Positions 1-12,447 of a DNA stretch of 64,000 bases are shown here, one piece after another; within the stretch, counting starts at the first letter, position 1, and every line of letters begins with the position of its first letter. The notes beneath the pieces are model-generated. The model searched no databases and was not told the DNA's origin. It was given only the letters and a program-made list of their open reading frames with translations. The translations under genes were made by a program, and so were the position numbers. Where the stretch lies: assembly GCA_002269645.1 (NCBI GenBank), contig NIVC01002323.1:62001-126000 (forward strand), in the 5' to 3' direction. Origin of the DNA: Macrostomum lignano (lineage: Eukaryota).

Positions 1-683
1 TTTTACAAGATTTTATAATAACAATTTAACGATTCTTAGTGCTCATTAAATAATCATCTTTCTTGTATCTTTTATTTGCTGTTGAAGTGAAAAGCGTCTG
101 AAGAGAAAGAAGTCTTTAAACAAATACTAGCTGTCATGGGGTTTTTCAATTCTCGCAATTATAAGGCAAATGGATATGATGAAGAAAAAAAACTTGACAA
201 CTGAGAGGCAAGAACATAAAGTACAGGGCGCCAGTCAAAATTGCAAATGAAAAAGAGATATTTGAAAGCAGGGGTTGATAAAAAATGATAAATACATAAA
301 AAAGGGGACCATGCAGGTACATGTATAAAAACTGCTACTCTAGTAATAAAAGAACAGGTGGCAGCTATTATCGACAGCGTCCGATTGCTAACAGTAAGAC
401 AGGAAGACCAAAATAATAAATGGTAGAAACAAGACGTTATGAGCCAGCAGTGTCAACATGGCGCATTACTGAAAAAAATTCCTGCCAAAAGTAGAGGGCC
501 AAGGGCTGCAGACCAATCACAAGGATGTTAGCAGAACACGCAGCGAATGGCAGCAAATTCTGATAAAACGGGACTCCATCCAGCAAGCTCCGAAGAGCTG
601 CAGAACTCCAAGGACTTCGAGCGTAGACTGCAGCTGCAGCACAAAATCGCGCCATTCAGCTACACGGTTTTAACTTCCCAACA

Positions 684-1822
684 ATGAATCAACTGCTGGC
701 ATTCCTAACAGTTGCCTTGACAACAACTTCTGCTGCTGTCATCCTAAATGAGGTGCACAGCAGCAGCTGGTCGGGCGGTCAAATCCGCCACTTCCTCGTC
801 TCCTCCATCAACCAAGCCAGCGATGTGCTGCAGTGCGCTGCACAGGCTGCCAAGCACCTGCTCGCTCACCAGCTGCTGGTCTTCATCCCTCGAGACGGTG
901 CTCAGCAGCCCCAGTGCATCGTGGGTGAGTGAGTCCTGGCTGCATGCTCGATGCCTTAAACCTGATGAAGCTGCTCACCCAGCTGAGCTCATTCGCATTC
1001 CAGCAAACCGAAGTGGCGCTGTGTGTCGCAGACTGACGCCTCACACTCACCAGTCTCCGTGCTGCATCAGGGTGAGTAGCAAGCGTGCACTGACTCACCT
1101 GACAGCCAGGTAACTGACAGCACTTGCCTGACCGCAGCTCTCAATGCCTCACTGCAGGTGTTTGTGACGTCACTCAGCGACTGCTGGATCAGCATCCAGC
1201 GTCGGGTGGACAACTCGACAGACTTCTATCGCAACTGGACCGAGTACGCAGCCGGCTTCGGAGAGGGAGCCCACACGAACCACTGGCTCGGTGAGTGCAG
1301 TGCAGTGCGGTCATGACGGTATTGATGCACTTTTTGATAGCGCTGGCCTCCTGTGGCTGTGAGCTGCTCAGCATTGAGCTGTGCTTGACAACTGCAGGTC
1401 TGCGAGCTGTGCACTCTCTGACCTGGCCGTCTGGTCGAGCACTTCGCATGCGAATGAGGCTGTGGAATGGCACGGAGTTCTGGGCCGACTACTCCAGCTT
1501 CTCCGTGGCCAGCGAGGCCGACGAGTTCCGGCTGAGCATCTCGGGGTTCTCCGCCAGCCACCCTGGCGTTGGAGACTGCATGGCCTTCCACAATGGCATG
1601 AAGTTCAGCACACACGACAAGGACAATCACGCATCGAGACGGAACTGCGCCAAGAAGTTCCGCGGAAGTTGGTGGTACTCTGCATGCCACAAGACGAATC
1701 TAAATGGTTTGTACTTTTATCCGCCCGCTGCTTTGCACACGGAAGAGTTCGCCGTGGGAATCAACTGGTACTTTCCATTCGGCTTCCTATATTCACTCAA
1801 AGAAATAGAGCTGCTCGTCTGA
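684..1822 (+). CDS. Secreted fibrinogen-related domain (FReD) protein, copy 1, 4 exons, 311 aa
   Basis: Exons 684-924, 983-1071, 1110-1290, 1398-1822 with GT-AG introns of 58, 38 and 107 nt join in frame (936 nt). Hydrophobic N-terminus MNQLLAFLTVALTTTSA. FReD motifs IQRRVDNSTDFYRNWTEYAAGFG, HWLGL, FHNGMKFSTHDKDN, GSWWYSAC, NLNG, GINW. Confidence 0.92.
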
Positions 1823-2108
1823 GTGGAGTTTACTGGATTCTGGCTATCTTTTTGGAACCCGAATAGTATAGCGTTGCGTAATTTGTGCAACGGGTGCATC
1901 AAAATAAATAAATAAATAGCTCGTAAATACGAGAGTAAATAGCGAATCCAGATACGAAAATTAGCCGTACGTGCTTACAATGTCATGATTAGAAATCGAA
2001 GCCTAAAATTATGAAATATATATTTTATCAGTGTATTTTTTGCCTACAGTGTATTATTTATCTACAAATAGCATAATTGTAGATAAATAGTTGTGCTTAT
2101 AGCCGGCT

Positions 2109-4562
2109 ACAAAGGCAAGATCTCGGCGCCGTGGTGGAACCCGGAGCTGGGGAAACTCAGGCGGAAGGCCAAAAGCCTCCATCACAGTGCATGAAGACCG
2201 GGACCCTGAGGATTCTCTGGAGGATCAGGAGGACCCAGGAGCACATTCTTCCCGAGGGTATCCACTGCTAGATCGGAACCCAACCCAACAAGATTAAATC
2301 ACTCGTGCAGTCAGAACCTTCAAGCTTTTCTTATCTCCTGGTCCCGACGGTATCTACCCTGTTCTCCGTGAAGTAGCCAAGATACCCTCGTTCTTAGACT
2401 TACCCGCAATTTATCCAGCAGGCCTTTATCCAGCTGGGGTATGTGCCCAAGTGCTGGACTGAAGCTCGGGTAGTCTTCATTCTCAAACCTGGGAAGGGTG
2501 ACTACCAAAGCGTCAAGGCCTTCCGGCCAATTAGCTTAACGTCAGCAATGCTTAAGCTGACTGAGTGGCTTACATGTATTCTCTGGCGGCTGCTTTCTTG
2601 CGAACTGACAGCAATGCCCCTCAGCAATCATCAGCACGCCTTCCGTACCTGGAGGTCGACTGACAGCGCCCTGCATGCGATAGTCGAGAAGATTGAACGG
2701 GCGGTACTGGGTGACGGTTACACCCTGGCTCTTTTTCTCGACATTGTTGGCGCCTTCGACAACGTTATCTTTGAAACGTTTCAGAGGGCCCATCAAAATC
2801 GCAAAGCTCACGCTACCCTCATACGGTGGATCATGTACATGATCTCCAACCGTACGGTCACTGCCCAACTTCTTGGACAAACTGCCTCCGCCAGAGTCTG
2901 TAAGAGTTGGACCCCAAGGCGGAGTCCTCACCCCGACGCTCTGAAACCTGGTCATGGACGCTCTTCTGGGCGACTCCCGACCTGATCCCGTCTTCAAAGT
3001 CGGGTATGCTGACGACGTCACTGCCATTGTGGCAGGGCCGTCCCCCAGCACGCTCAGGGATCTGATGCAGAGCTTTATCCGCAAAGCAGAATCCTGGGCC
3101 AATGACAACGGTTTGGAACTCTCTGAGCCCCAAAGCTGTTGCCATTATGTTCACCAACCGAATACGCTGAATAAGGCCTCTGCAGCTATTCGGCAGAAAT
3201 ATTGTCTTCTCGCAACAGACCAGATGTCTCGGGGTCATACTAGACCACGGCTCAACTGGTCCTTCCACGTGAAAGCAAAAGCCAAGCGTGCCTCAGCCAT
3301 CCTGGCCCAGCTCGGTGGGCACTTGGCACTTCCTGGGGTTTATCCCCAAAGCGGCTTTGGTGGATCTACACTTCCGTGGTTAGACCTTCCATTAGGTACG
3401 CTTATGTTGTCTGGGTCAGCGCCACCCAGGTCAATAGCCATGCAGATTTGCTCAACACGATCTAGGGCAAGGCGTGTAGGCTTATCTGCAATGCCACCAG
3501 GTCCACGCCCTTTGCTGGGGCCTTCCTTGATCTACCGCCACTCGACCTCTTCGTCAGGGGTGAGGCGGCTAGAGCGACGCGGTGTTTACTTGATGCCGGC
3601 TTCGAATTCCTCTACATGAGGGCAGGTTGAGGGCACCTGCTAAGCGGAACCTCGTCCCGCATAGCGACCTGTGCATCAACTTTCTCAACGAGTTTCAGGC
3701 CAATCGCGTCTTCACCGATGGCAGTGCCTCAACGCTCAACCTGAGACAACGCTACTCCGTAGCTATCGACCCGCGTGACACCATCAATGACCACTAGAAC
3801 CCTGGTGAGCTCCATTGCTACACCGACGGTTCTAAGCAGTCAGTCAACACCGGCTTTGGTGTTGGGATCTTCCTGAACGGGCGGGTCATCGCAACCCACG
3901 CTCAGTACACTGGGGTCAACTTCAGTGTCTTCCAAAATGAAGTTCTCGCCATCAGCTCTTGCAATACAGAGCTTCTCGCCACTGGCGTATCCGGTAGAAC
4001 ATCATTTTCCATTCGGACAGCCAAGCTGCCTTGTACGTCATCAGTAGCTGTAGTACCAATTCTGCTACAGTCCTCGACTGTCAAACTCCTCAACATGTTG
4101 GGTTCCACCAACAAAATCACCCTTAAGTGGGTTCCGGGGCATGTGGGGATCCGAGGGAATGAGTTGGCTGACGCCCTTGCAAAAGTTGGTGCCTCCGGCT
4201 TCTCTCTCAGTCCCGAACCCCTTGTCCCGATTCCTGGCTGTGTCATCGACTCGCGCATCAAAGCGTGGATCAGGACACAGCACCGCTCGACCTGGTCGAA
4301 TTGTATTCCATGCAGGCAATCCAGAGGCGCTGTCCCTCATCCCTCTCACCAGCTCCGGAAGCTCCTCTTGCGCCTCTCGCAAAGAGACATCCGGGCTGCC
4401 AACATGACCCTCTCAGGTCACGACTGCTTCTCGAGGCACCAGTACTTGCAGGGCAATACCACCAACGTCATCTGCAGTTTTTGCAACTCAGGTGACGAAA
4501 CCGCTGAACATTTCGTCAGCATCTGTCCCGCCTTCATGCGAGCCAGACTCACTTACCTTGGG
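2109..4562 (+). mobile_element. LINE A, 5' part: 5'-truncated non-LTR retrotransposon (RT + RNase H + C-terminal Cys/His motif; R1/LOA-like), frameshifted
   Basis: PWWNPEL (~2130), FRPISLTS, QHAFR, FLDIVGAFDN, GYADD, RNase H CYTDGSK and WVPGHVGIRGNELADALAK, CSFC..ETAEH...C. Homology with the FReD2 3' flank (gtgcttatagccggct) stops at 2108, marking the 5' edge. Clade assignment is from motif recall only. Confidence 0.88.
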
Positions 4563-4710
4563 TGTGACGGTGGACTTTTCTTTGTGCCACCCCATTTTTG
4601 ATAAGTCTATAAATAGACCTGGTGCGCGTTAGAGGGCGATACTTGTTTTCTTGGTTTTGGCTCAGTTAGGAGCCTTGGACAATCAATCTCATTCTTATTT
4701 ATTTACAAGA

Positions 4711-6072
4711 ATGCAACATGGTGGCAGCGGTGCGGGCTCGAAGCACCCGTACCACCTGCGTTCCCAAGACGGGGCGCTCGGAGAAGGCTCCGAAGACAAT
4801 GCTGAAGAAGCCAGCGGAATCCAAGATTCAGCTACGCTGGAGGGCGCGAATCTGATGGAGACAATGAAGATGCTCCTGACGCACCAGAGTCAGCAGCTAC
4901 AAGAAATGACTCGCGCGCAAGAAAGGCAATCAGCATTTTACCTGGAGCAACTGGCTCGTCAACAAGCGGAGTTCACAAGGCTCCTGGCCGAGTCTAAGCC
5001 ACGACCACAAGCAGCGGAGCCCAAGCTGTTTAAGCTGACGGACTCTGATGGCATCGAGGCATTCCTGATGACCTTCGAAAGGGCAGCGGCATCATGTGGA
5101 TGGCAAAAGTCAGAGTGGACGATTCGGTTGGCACCGCTACTGACGGGCGTTGCGCAGAGCGCATTCCACAGTCTGACGACAGCGGCGAGCGCGGACTAGG
5201 ACTTGGCAAAGGCGACCATCTTAGCGAGATACAACATCGGCGAGGAGACCTACCGACAGCGATTTCGGTCTTTGCGGAAGGCGCCTGAAGAGACCTTCCA
5301 GGTGTTCGCAACGAAGCTCGAAGACATGTTTGTCCGATGGATGACAGCTGGGCTGGACGAGGATCAGAGAGAGGAACTGATAAGTGGCGACTCCATCGTC
5401 AGGCAGAAAGTGCTTCTGGAGCAGTTTACGGACTCTCTGACAAGATGACTCCAGGTGTGGATGCGAGAGAGAAAACCGAAGGACATCAAAGAGGCTGCGA
5501 AACTGGCCGATGACTACGCAATGGCAAGAAACAGCGACAAGGGCGGCGGAACACCAGGACACCCGAGCCAAGAGACCGCTGAGGGGGCGACGGCGTCCAA
5601 TGCTATGGACAAACAAAGGACGATTCAGAGACCGTAAAGCCTAAAGCCTAAGATTAGCTGCTTTAACTGCGGAGGCCCTCACAAGAAGTTTCAGTGTACC
5701 AACAAGCCCGCCAATGTCTACTTGGCCTCAGAGGAAAATGCTATGGATGCTGCTTCGGGCAGGTTCATCACCGGACATGCGGATGGCAAAGAACTGCTTT
5801 TCCTGATGGATACTGGAGCTGATCGAACTACGATTCGGCGTAGCTGTCTACCTGAAAACATTAATTGGACAGGACATCATGCACTATTGCGCTGTTTTGG
5901 CGGCGACCTACACCGTCGTCCAATCGCTAAAGTGGAGCTGCACCTAAAGGGCTAAAATACGCTCGTAGAACCACTGAGGTTTGTGTGGCTGACTCACTAT
6001 CCGTAAGCGCGCTGGTTGGACTGGATTTGATTAGCCAGCTCAAGTTGGGGGGTGGAGACGCCCCGAGTACAG
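4711..6072 (+). pseudogene. gag (SCAN-like capsid, zinc knuckle) and aspartic protease of the Gmr1-like element
   Basis: IEAFLMTFERAA..WTIRLAPLLTG, ETYRQRFR, LEQFTDSL, WMRERKPKDIKEAAKLADDY, knuckle CFNCGGPHKKFQC (~5658-5697), protease LMDTGA and ALVGLDL. In-frame stops at 5197, 5446 and 5953, plus frameshifts. Confidence 0.88.
4719..4732 (+). promoter_or_regulatory. Primer binding site, tRNA-Leu-like
   Basis: TGGTGGCAGCGGTG directly after the 5' LTR, complementary to the 3' end of eukaryotic tRNA-Leu (..CACCGCTGCCACCA). Confidence 0.75.
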
Positions 6073-6419
6073 GGGCCCGTGCTATAGAATACTCTTAACT
6101 CCTAAATCCTTAGGAGTGTCCTAACTCCTAGCTCCTAGCTGGCTTTTCTGTGCTATAGAATCAAGAGTAAATTTTAAGAGCTAGGAGGCTCCTTAAGGAC
6201 GTTAGGAGACTCCTGGGTGAATTTAGGAGAACTCATTAAGGTCCGTGGCATGCTATAGAATTAGGAGAGGAAGTCTAGGAGCTAGGAGCTAGGAGCTGGC
6301 TTTTAGGAGTCATTCTAGGAGCGTGTGTCCTATAGAATGAGAAAATTTCGCTCCTAACTCTTGACTCCTAAGCAAGAGTTCAAGGGCCAATTTTCACTCT
6401 TAGACAAGCTAGGATTATA

Positions 6420-6610
6420 ATGTTTTCGGATAGCGAATCGGATTCTGATGAGGAAGGAGTCAATGATAGACGCCGTCGACAATTTAAGGCAAGAATTAAT
6501 ATTTTTGAAGAAGATACAGCCGAGAGTGCTATGCGTTTTAGACTTAACGATATCCAGCTTTCAAGCCTAACAGATAGAATTCGACACAGAATCGAACATC
6601 CAACATCAGT
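6420..6610 (+). pseudogene. Truncated 5' stub of a second, divergent Harbinger transposase
   Basis: MFSDSESDSDEEGVNDRRRRQFKARINI..FRLNDIQLSSLTDRIRHRI aligns with MLSDSETDSGDEGRANNRRPRQFKDRINF..FRLNENQLSNLTNRIRDRI at 6965. Confidence 0.8.
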
Positions 6611-6964
6611 GTGTCCTAACAAATTCCAACATTCCAATATCACGTCTTGCCACATAGCAATCTTCGCATCTTAGTTATGGTTGTACTAAACGCACCAAAG
6701 AGAACCTCTTTGCGTGCAGCGACGGCTCTCACAAATGATATTTTTTGAGCAATTTGCATTTTCACTCCTGAGATTCAATCCTTAAGGACCGTAAATTTAG
6801 GATTGTGATATAGCACACAATTCTCTATCATCCTTAAACGATTGCGCAACACTCCTTGAACACACCCCGACTCCTAGGCTGCACTCCTTGCAAGAACTCC
6901 TAGCTCCTAGCTCCTAGTCAAAAGATCAAGGGCTGGGTAGTCAGTCTTAGAACTGCTAGGAGTG

Positions 6965-8137
6965 ATGCTTTCCGACAGCGAAACCGATTCAGGAGATGAA
7001 GGAAGAGCCAATAATCGACGACCTCGACAATTTAAGGATCGGATAAATTTCCTCGACGACTTTCTCGATGAGAAGGCGATGAGAAGGCGTTAGACGACTT
7101 TCTAACTGCTTCGCGTTTTCGGCTGAACGAGAATCAGCTTTCAAACCTAACAAACCGAATTCGAGATCGAATTGCGCACCGGACACCCTGCAACTATGCT
7201 TTGAGCGCCGAGCAGCAGGTGCGACTTTCAATTCGGTTTCTGGCCACGGGAGCAGATTACGGAACGATTGGAGACGCGCATGGAGTCTCGAAAAGTACAT
7301 TTTTTTTCTACACTTCATCGCTTCGTCAATGCTGTGAACGAGATTTTGTATTTCGAAGTGGTTGACTTTCCAATTGATTTTGGCGCTGTTGTTGAAGGAT
7401 TTAGAAATCGAGGTAGGTAGGACCTCTTATTTTCCGAAACGAAGTGCATTCATTCCGTGTTTGAGACTTAAAATTAAATGTTTCGAACATGATTCCTACT
7501 GCACACTTCAGCAAACTTTCCATGCGTCTTCGGCTGTGTAGATGGCACCCACATCGACCTTTTCCGTCCTTTCAACAACGAAGAGCAATTCGTCAACCGA
7601 CATGGTCGCCACTCTCTCAACGCCATGGTTGTCTGTGGGCCGGATTTCAAGATCTATTTTGCGTCTGCAAGGTGGCCCGGTGCAGTTAGTGACGTCAGAG
7701 TTCTACGGAATTCACATCTGGCCCAAAGGCTCAGAGCTGGATGGCGACCCTTTCCCGGGGCTGTGCTATTGGCAGACTCTGGATATTGGAATGACGAATA
7801 TCTCATTACGCCTCTACTGAATCCTCAGACTGATCAAGAGCAAAGGTTCAACAATGCGCACAAGGCGACGAGAAATATAGTCGAGTGCACTATTGGAGTT
7901 CTGAAGCAGCGATTTCGTTGCCTTCTGCGACCTCTTCAAGTGCAGCCCGTCTTTGCGGCAAATATTTTTCGGTGCTGTGTGGTTCTTCACAATCTGGCCC
8001 TCGAACAATGGCAGCCTGAACTCGACCCAGCTGTAATCATGAACTTACTGGAGCCTGAAAACAATGAGGACGCAGCAGCAGATGAAATCATTGTCAACAA
8101 CAATGGTCGCCGGGAGCAACTAGTAATGTTGTTTTGA
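6965..8137 (+). pseudogene. Harbinger DDE transposase, 2 exons, disrupted
   Basis: ALSAEQQVRLSIRFLATGADYGTIGDAHGVSKST. Intron 7413-7511 (phase 1). Then GCVDGTHI, HSLNAMVVC, WPGAVSD, LLADSGY, FNNAHKATRNIVECTIGVLKQRFRCL. Early stop ~7091 and an extra T in the run at 7300-7307. Confidence 0.9.
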
Positions 8138-8727
8138 ACATTTAGACGTTTGAACATTAGAACATCTATCCACTTTCCTCTCTCCCCTCTCCCTCTGTTC
8201 AACTCCACTCGACCTTCTTATGTTATTGTAGTGGTGCACAGCGCACGATAAGATAAACATAAGCACCTTACTCGTACACGTGGAAAACTATTTTAGAACG
8301 TGAGAAGCACAGCAGTGTGCAGTTTCAGTTACGTATTTGCTTTTCCAGCAAAACTCCCTGCTTCGATCTTTTTGCTACATTTGCGTGTAACTGAAAATGT
8401 TTTGAGGCTACTAACTACTGCTTTCCAAGTGACTGAGCGCGCAACTCTTTCTGCTGCTGGAGCTTTAGGGTTAATTTATAGCCATTATGCTTATTTGTTC
8501 CTTGGGTCAGTATACCGATCTAGCTCGTAAAAGCAAGAAAACAGACAAGTACGAGTACAACTGTGTATTACACGTTTTTTGACTCCATTATTTTATTCCA
8601 GAAGAGCAAAATCTTGACAGAACAGCAGCTATGAAAAATGCCTTCAAGAAAATCAGAAACTGCAAATTAAGAGCAGAACTATCATTTCAAGACCAAAAGC
8701 GTCACTTCTTTAGTCATTTAGTCTTTC

Positions 8728-11700
8728 TTAACTCAAAAATAGGCTCGCAGCCAAATTCCCAGCCTCCTCGTCATCGATATCTTTGGGCTGATGCAATTCG
8801 CGCCGCAGCTTTTCTGTCTCTAATTCGAGCTTCTGGCAGCGCAGTTCGGATTCCCGAAGTTCCATTCGTAATTTCATCAGCTTCAGCTCACGAACTTGCT
8901 CGTCCCATTCTAGTTCTTGCCGCTGTCGCTTCAATGTCCTACTGCAGCCGGTGCGATCAGTCATCAATAGATTTTGTGTCGAAGAGTCTGAATTGATTTG
9001 CTGCTGCTGTTGTTGTTTGCGGAAGGTGGTCTAGGACTGCCTATGCAGGCAGTCCAAGAACCTAGCCACCAGATCGCCATCGGCCAAGTCCTCCAGTTGG
9101 TGTAGGTCCGTCGCGTGCCGAGCTCCGGCCAGGGCCGGACATTCGAGGAAGTGATCCTTGTCTTCTAAGAGGTCGCACCGGAGGCATCTGCTATCCTCCC
9201 TAGTGCCTATTCGGTGCTGATAGTACGCCGTAGAAGGATCGTGACCGGCACGCATTTGAGCTATGGAAACCTGAAGCGCGCGAGGGCGAGCAGGCATCGA
9301 GGGGGTCTTGCTGTAGACCCGCTTCAGCCGGTCATTCAGGAGAGGCTTATACTTGATGAGACGGCGTATGCGGCTTCGGGCGGCCTCGATGTCGATCCCT
9401 AGAGGGTCCTGGGGGAGCAGACAGGCGTTCTTTGCCTCGGTGTCGGCTCTCTCGTTACCGGGAGTCCCAGAATGACCTGGGATCCACTGTAGGACCACGT
9501 CGGCGTGGCTCTCCACCTGCGTCAGCTTGCGCTTGAGCGACTCGAGCAGAGGGTTCAGGGAGTGCTGCCGACCTTTGAGCGCCGCAATGGCCGAATGGCT
9601 GTCGGTGAGGATCAGGGCAGAGTCCTGCTTAGTCTCAAGGATGTGGTCCAGGGCGAGGTGCAGAGCTGAGAGTTCAGCTTGGAACGAGCTACACCAGCGC
9701 CCGGTAGCAGCTCCCTCAATCCAAATCACCTGGCCCGAAGTAGGGGCGACTGCCACACAGGCTGCCCCTCCATTCTCCGTTCCTTCGGATGCAGATCCGT
9801 CGGTGAAATAGGGATCTTGCGGTCGCCCCCTGATTTAATGGTGTCTTCCGTCGCCGACCGCCTGGTCTCTGGCGGATCGTTCCTGGAGATCGGCTGAGTC
9901 AGGTGTTCGCAAAGGGTGACCCGATCCTCGATTCTCGGAAGCCAGGGCTTGTTCTGATCCAGTTCGATTCCCGGCGTGGGCAATGCAGAATCTGCTCGGA
10001 TTCCAGCTTGGCTTGATCCCGGAGACCTTTGTTGGCTTTGAGCCTGCGCCGGCCTTGGTCTTCGCAAAGGCTGCGCCAAGGGTCGTGGGCTGGCCGCCGG
10101 AGGGCCTTCTCGACAGCCAGCAGGGCTCTTCTGTGTCCTTCAACGGAAATGGGAACGGTTCCGAGTTCGAGGTAGACGGCCTCCTCTGGAGTGGATTTAG
10201 GGAGGCCGGCCACGATTCTGAGCGCTGCCCGTTGAGCCCGTTCGAGTTCGTTCAACCGGCTTTTGGATAGCCAAGGTAGCCAGGCCGCAGCCGCGTGCTA
10301 TATGACGGATTCGACCATGGCGGTGTACGTACGCATCAGCAGCTTGCGGTCCCAGCCCCAGCTCCTTTGAGCTAGCGCTCTCACGATGTTGGTGCGCTTG
10401 GCCATCTTTTCTTTGACCGTTTTGACTTGTTGAGCAAAGATGAGTCCACGGTCAATCCAAATACCGAGGTATTTGAGCGACTCTGTGAAGCGAAGTTGGG
10501 TGCCGGCTAGACGGAGATCAGGTGGCCGGTCTAAGTCGGCCCGGTTCCTAGAGAAGAGGCACGCCTGGGTTTTAGCTGGATTAACCAAGATGCGGAGGTC
10601 TCTGGTCCAGGTTTCGATGAAGTCCAGGGCGCTCTGCAGCTTACTGGTGAGGTTCTGAAGGCTACTGTCTGTAGTCCATAGGCAGAGGTCGTCTGCGAAT
10701 CCTCCAAGTTGAACTTCAGTTTCAGGGAAGCCAGTCCAATCATTGACGTAAAGGAGGAATAGAACCGGGGAGCACACCGCTTCCTGGGGAACTCCACTGG
10801 TGATACGGCGCCACTTCCCGGTGGTGTTGCCGATTTTGGCACAGATTGTTCTACCTTCCAGAAAATTGGCTAGCCAATGCGTCATACGATCGGGCATGTC
10901 TTCGTCCATCATCCGATTAATGAGCTTGTCGTGCCAAACCGTGTCGAAGGCTTTGGAGCAGTCGAGGGCGGTAGCCGCGGTCTTGAGGGGAGGTTTGCGT
11001 TCCCACCCATCTTGGATCGATTGGACCAGACGGGCGACCTGCTCCTCACAGCTGCGGCCTCTTTGGAAGCCCGCTTGCCAGTGTTTGAGGATGTTGAAGG
11101 TCTCAATCCAATGAAAGAGGCGGTCTAGGACCATGCGTTCCATAATCTTGGCGCAGATCGATGTGAGACTGACAGGTCTATAGCTATCGCAGCTCTGCGG
11201 GTCTTTACCGTCCTTCAGGAGGGGCACCACTATAGCTTGTTTCCAGATGCCAGGGCAGTGGCCAATCCTCCAGTTACGGTTGAAGAGTTTGAGCCAGGCT
11301 TCCGTCCAGCTTTCTGGCAGGTGCTTGAAGAAGGCTGCCTCTATCTTGTCCGGCCCTCCTTTCTTGTTGATGTCCAGGTGGTCGATAGCTCTCACGAGTT
11401 CACTCTTGGTGAAGGGGGCGTCATAGTCGCTGGCATGCGGGTGATAGGCACTCAGACGATTGGAGGTGAGTTTCTTGTAGCGGCGATCACCCGGTTGTTG
11501 GTCGGGTCTGCAGACCTTGGCAAAGTGTCTGCCAAACGCTTCGGCCTTTTGTCTGCTGCTGCTGTTGCTCTTGTTGTCGCTCTTGTTGCTGCCGTTGCTG
11601 CTGCATGGTCTACTGTTCAGCAGGGCTCTCTGGAATCTCTAGTTTTTTAACTGCAGGCGAGTCGCGACCAAGAACGTCAAGAATGCAGGCCTCCAGTTCA

Positions 11701-12223
11701 GTCCATTTAGCAGCAAGGGTACCTTCGGCACCTGTCTGTCTCAGCTTGTCCCGCTTCATCTGGAGCAAATCATGAAAAGTAGTAAATTATAAAGTGCGGA
11801 ATAAATTCACTAAAAAATATAAAAAATCCATACTGTATGGAATTAATTCTTCTGCAACGATATGCATTTTCGAATAAAATTTTCTAGCAATTTGGCTCAT
11901 ACTGTAGTCTTACATTTGCATCTACATTGAAAGATAAAGCGATAAGAGTACAAGCTTCGACTTACCAGCACATTGCTCTTCATGTTGCCCCACACCTTAT
12001 CCCGCACATATTGCCAGTCCTTGCCTGGCGGTGTCGGATCGAAGCCGAGCTGCTGACGACATTCAGATATCAGATTTTTCCACATTTCTATCTTGCTATT
12101 TTTGGTTATAGTTGTTGAAAATGCACCAAAGAGCACATCTTTGCGCGCCGCGATGGCCTTTACAAAAGCTATCTTTTGTGCGACTTGCATTCTTGGTTCG
12201 TCAGTGTATGCAGGAGTGTGCAC
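8728..12223 (-). pseudogene. Harbinger Myb/SANT-like DNA-binding protein, interrupted by LINE B
   Basis: Exon 1 (12223-11966): RKDVLFGAFS..KIEMW..WQYVRDKVW, donor GTAAGT. Exon 2 from 11759: KRDKLRQTGAEG..ILDVLGRDSPAV, stop at 11612-11610, then polyQ split by the LINE and resuming at 9009 into a coiled-coil end at 8728. Confidence 0.85.
9010..11552 (-). mobile_element. LINE B: 5'-truncated I-group-like non-LTR retrotransposon (RT + RNase H), frameshifted
   Basis: KAEAFGRHF, GPDKI, YRPVSLTS, QAGFQRGRS, DCSKAFDTV, GVPQ, FADD, YLGI, RNase H SSFQAELSAL and LTDSHSA, WIPGHSG, C-terminal CxxC..H..C. Short (CAA)n tail. Likely TSD ctgctgctg at 9001-9009 and 11553-11561. Confidence 0.9.
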
Positions 12224-12447
12224 TTAGGAGTTTGATATAGCACGCAAATTTTCTGACTCCTCAACCATTGCGCAACACTCTTAGGACCCACCTCACTCCT
12301 CAGCTGCGCTCCTTGAGAACAACTCCTAGCTCCTAACTCTTTGACTCCTGAAATCTATAGCACACAGAATTCATGCACTCCTAGCAAAGAGCACTCTTGA
12401 CTCCTAGCTCCTAGCTCCTAGCTCTTAATTCTATAGCACGGGCCCCA

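Larger units (their letters stand above)
6073..12445. mobile_element. PIF/Harbinger DNA transposon (chimeric), inserted in the LTR element's pol
   Basis: Perfect 18-bp TIR GGGCCCGTGCTATAGAAT (6073-6090 and 12428-12445). 3-bp TSD CAG (6070-6072, 12446-12448). CTCCTAG subterminal repeats. Convergent transposase and Myb/SANT genes. Confidence 0.93.

Noticed and set aside
1295-1397. MQCSAVMTVLMHFL.. as the N-terminus of a 175-aa protein
   Set aside because: This is intron 3 read through in frame; the upstream FReD motifs (QRR, FYRNW, WLG) lie in exon 3.
748-1866. Overlapping alternative-frame and antisense ORFs over the FReD genes (also at copies 2-4)
   Set aside because: Shadows of GC-rich exons; their recurrence only reflects DNA identity between paralogs.
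4651-4710. ORF-track start of gag inside the LTR
   Set aside because: Non-ATG start inside the 5' LTR; the first ATG is at 4711.
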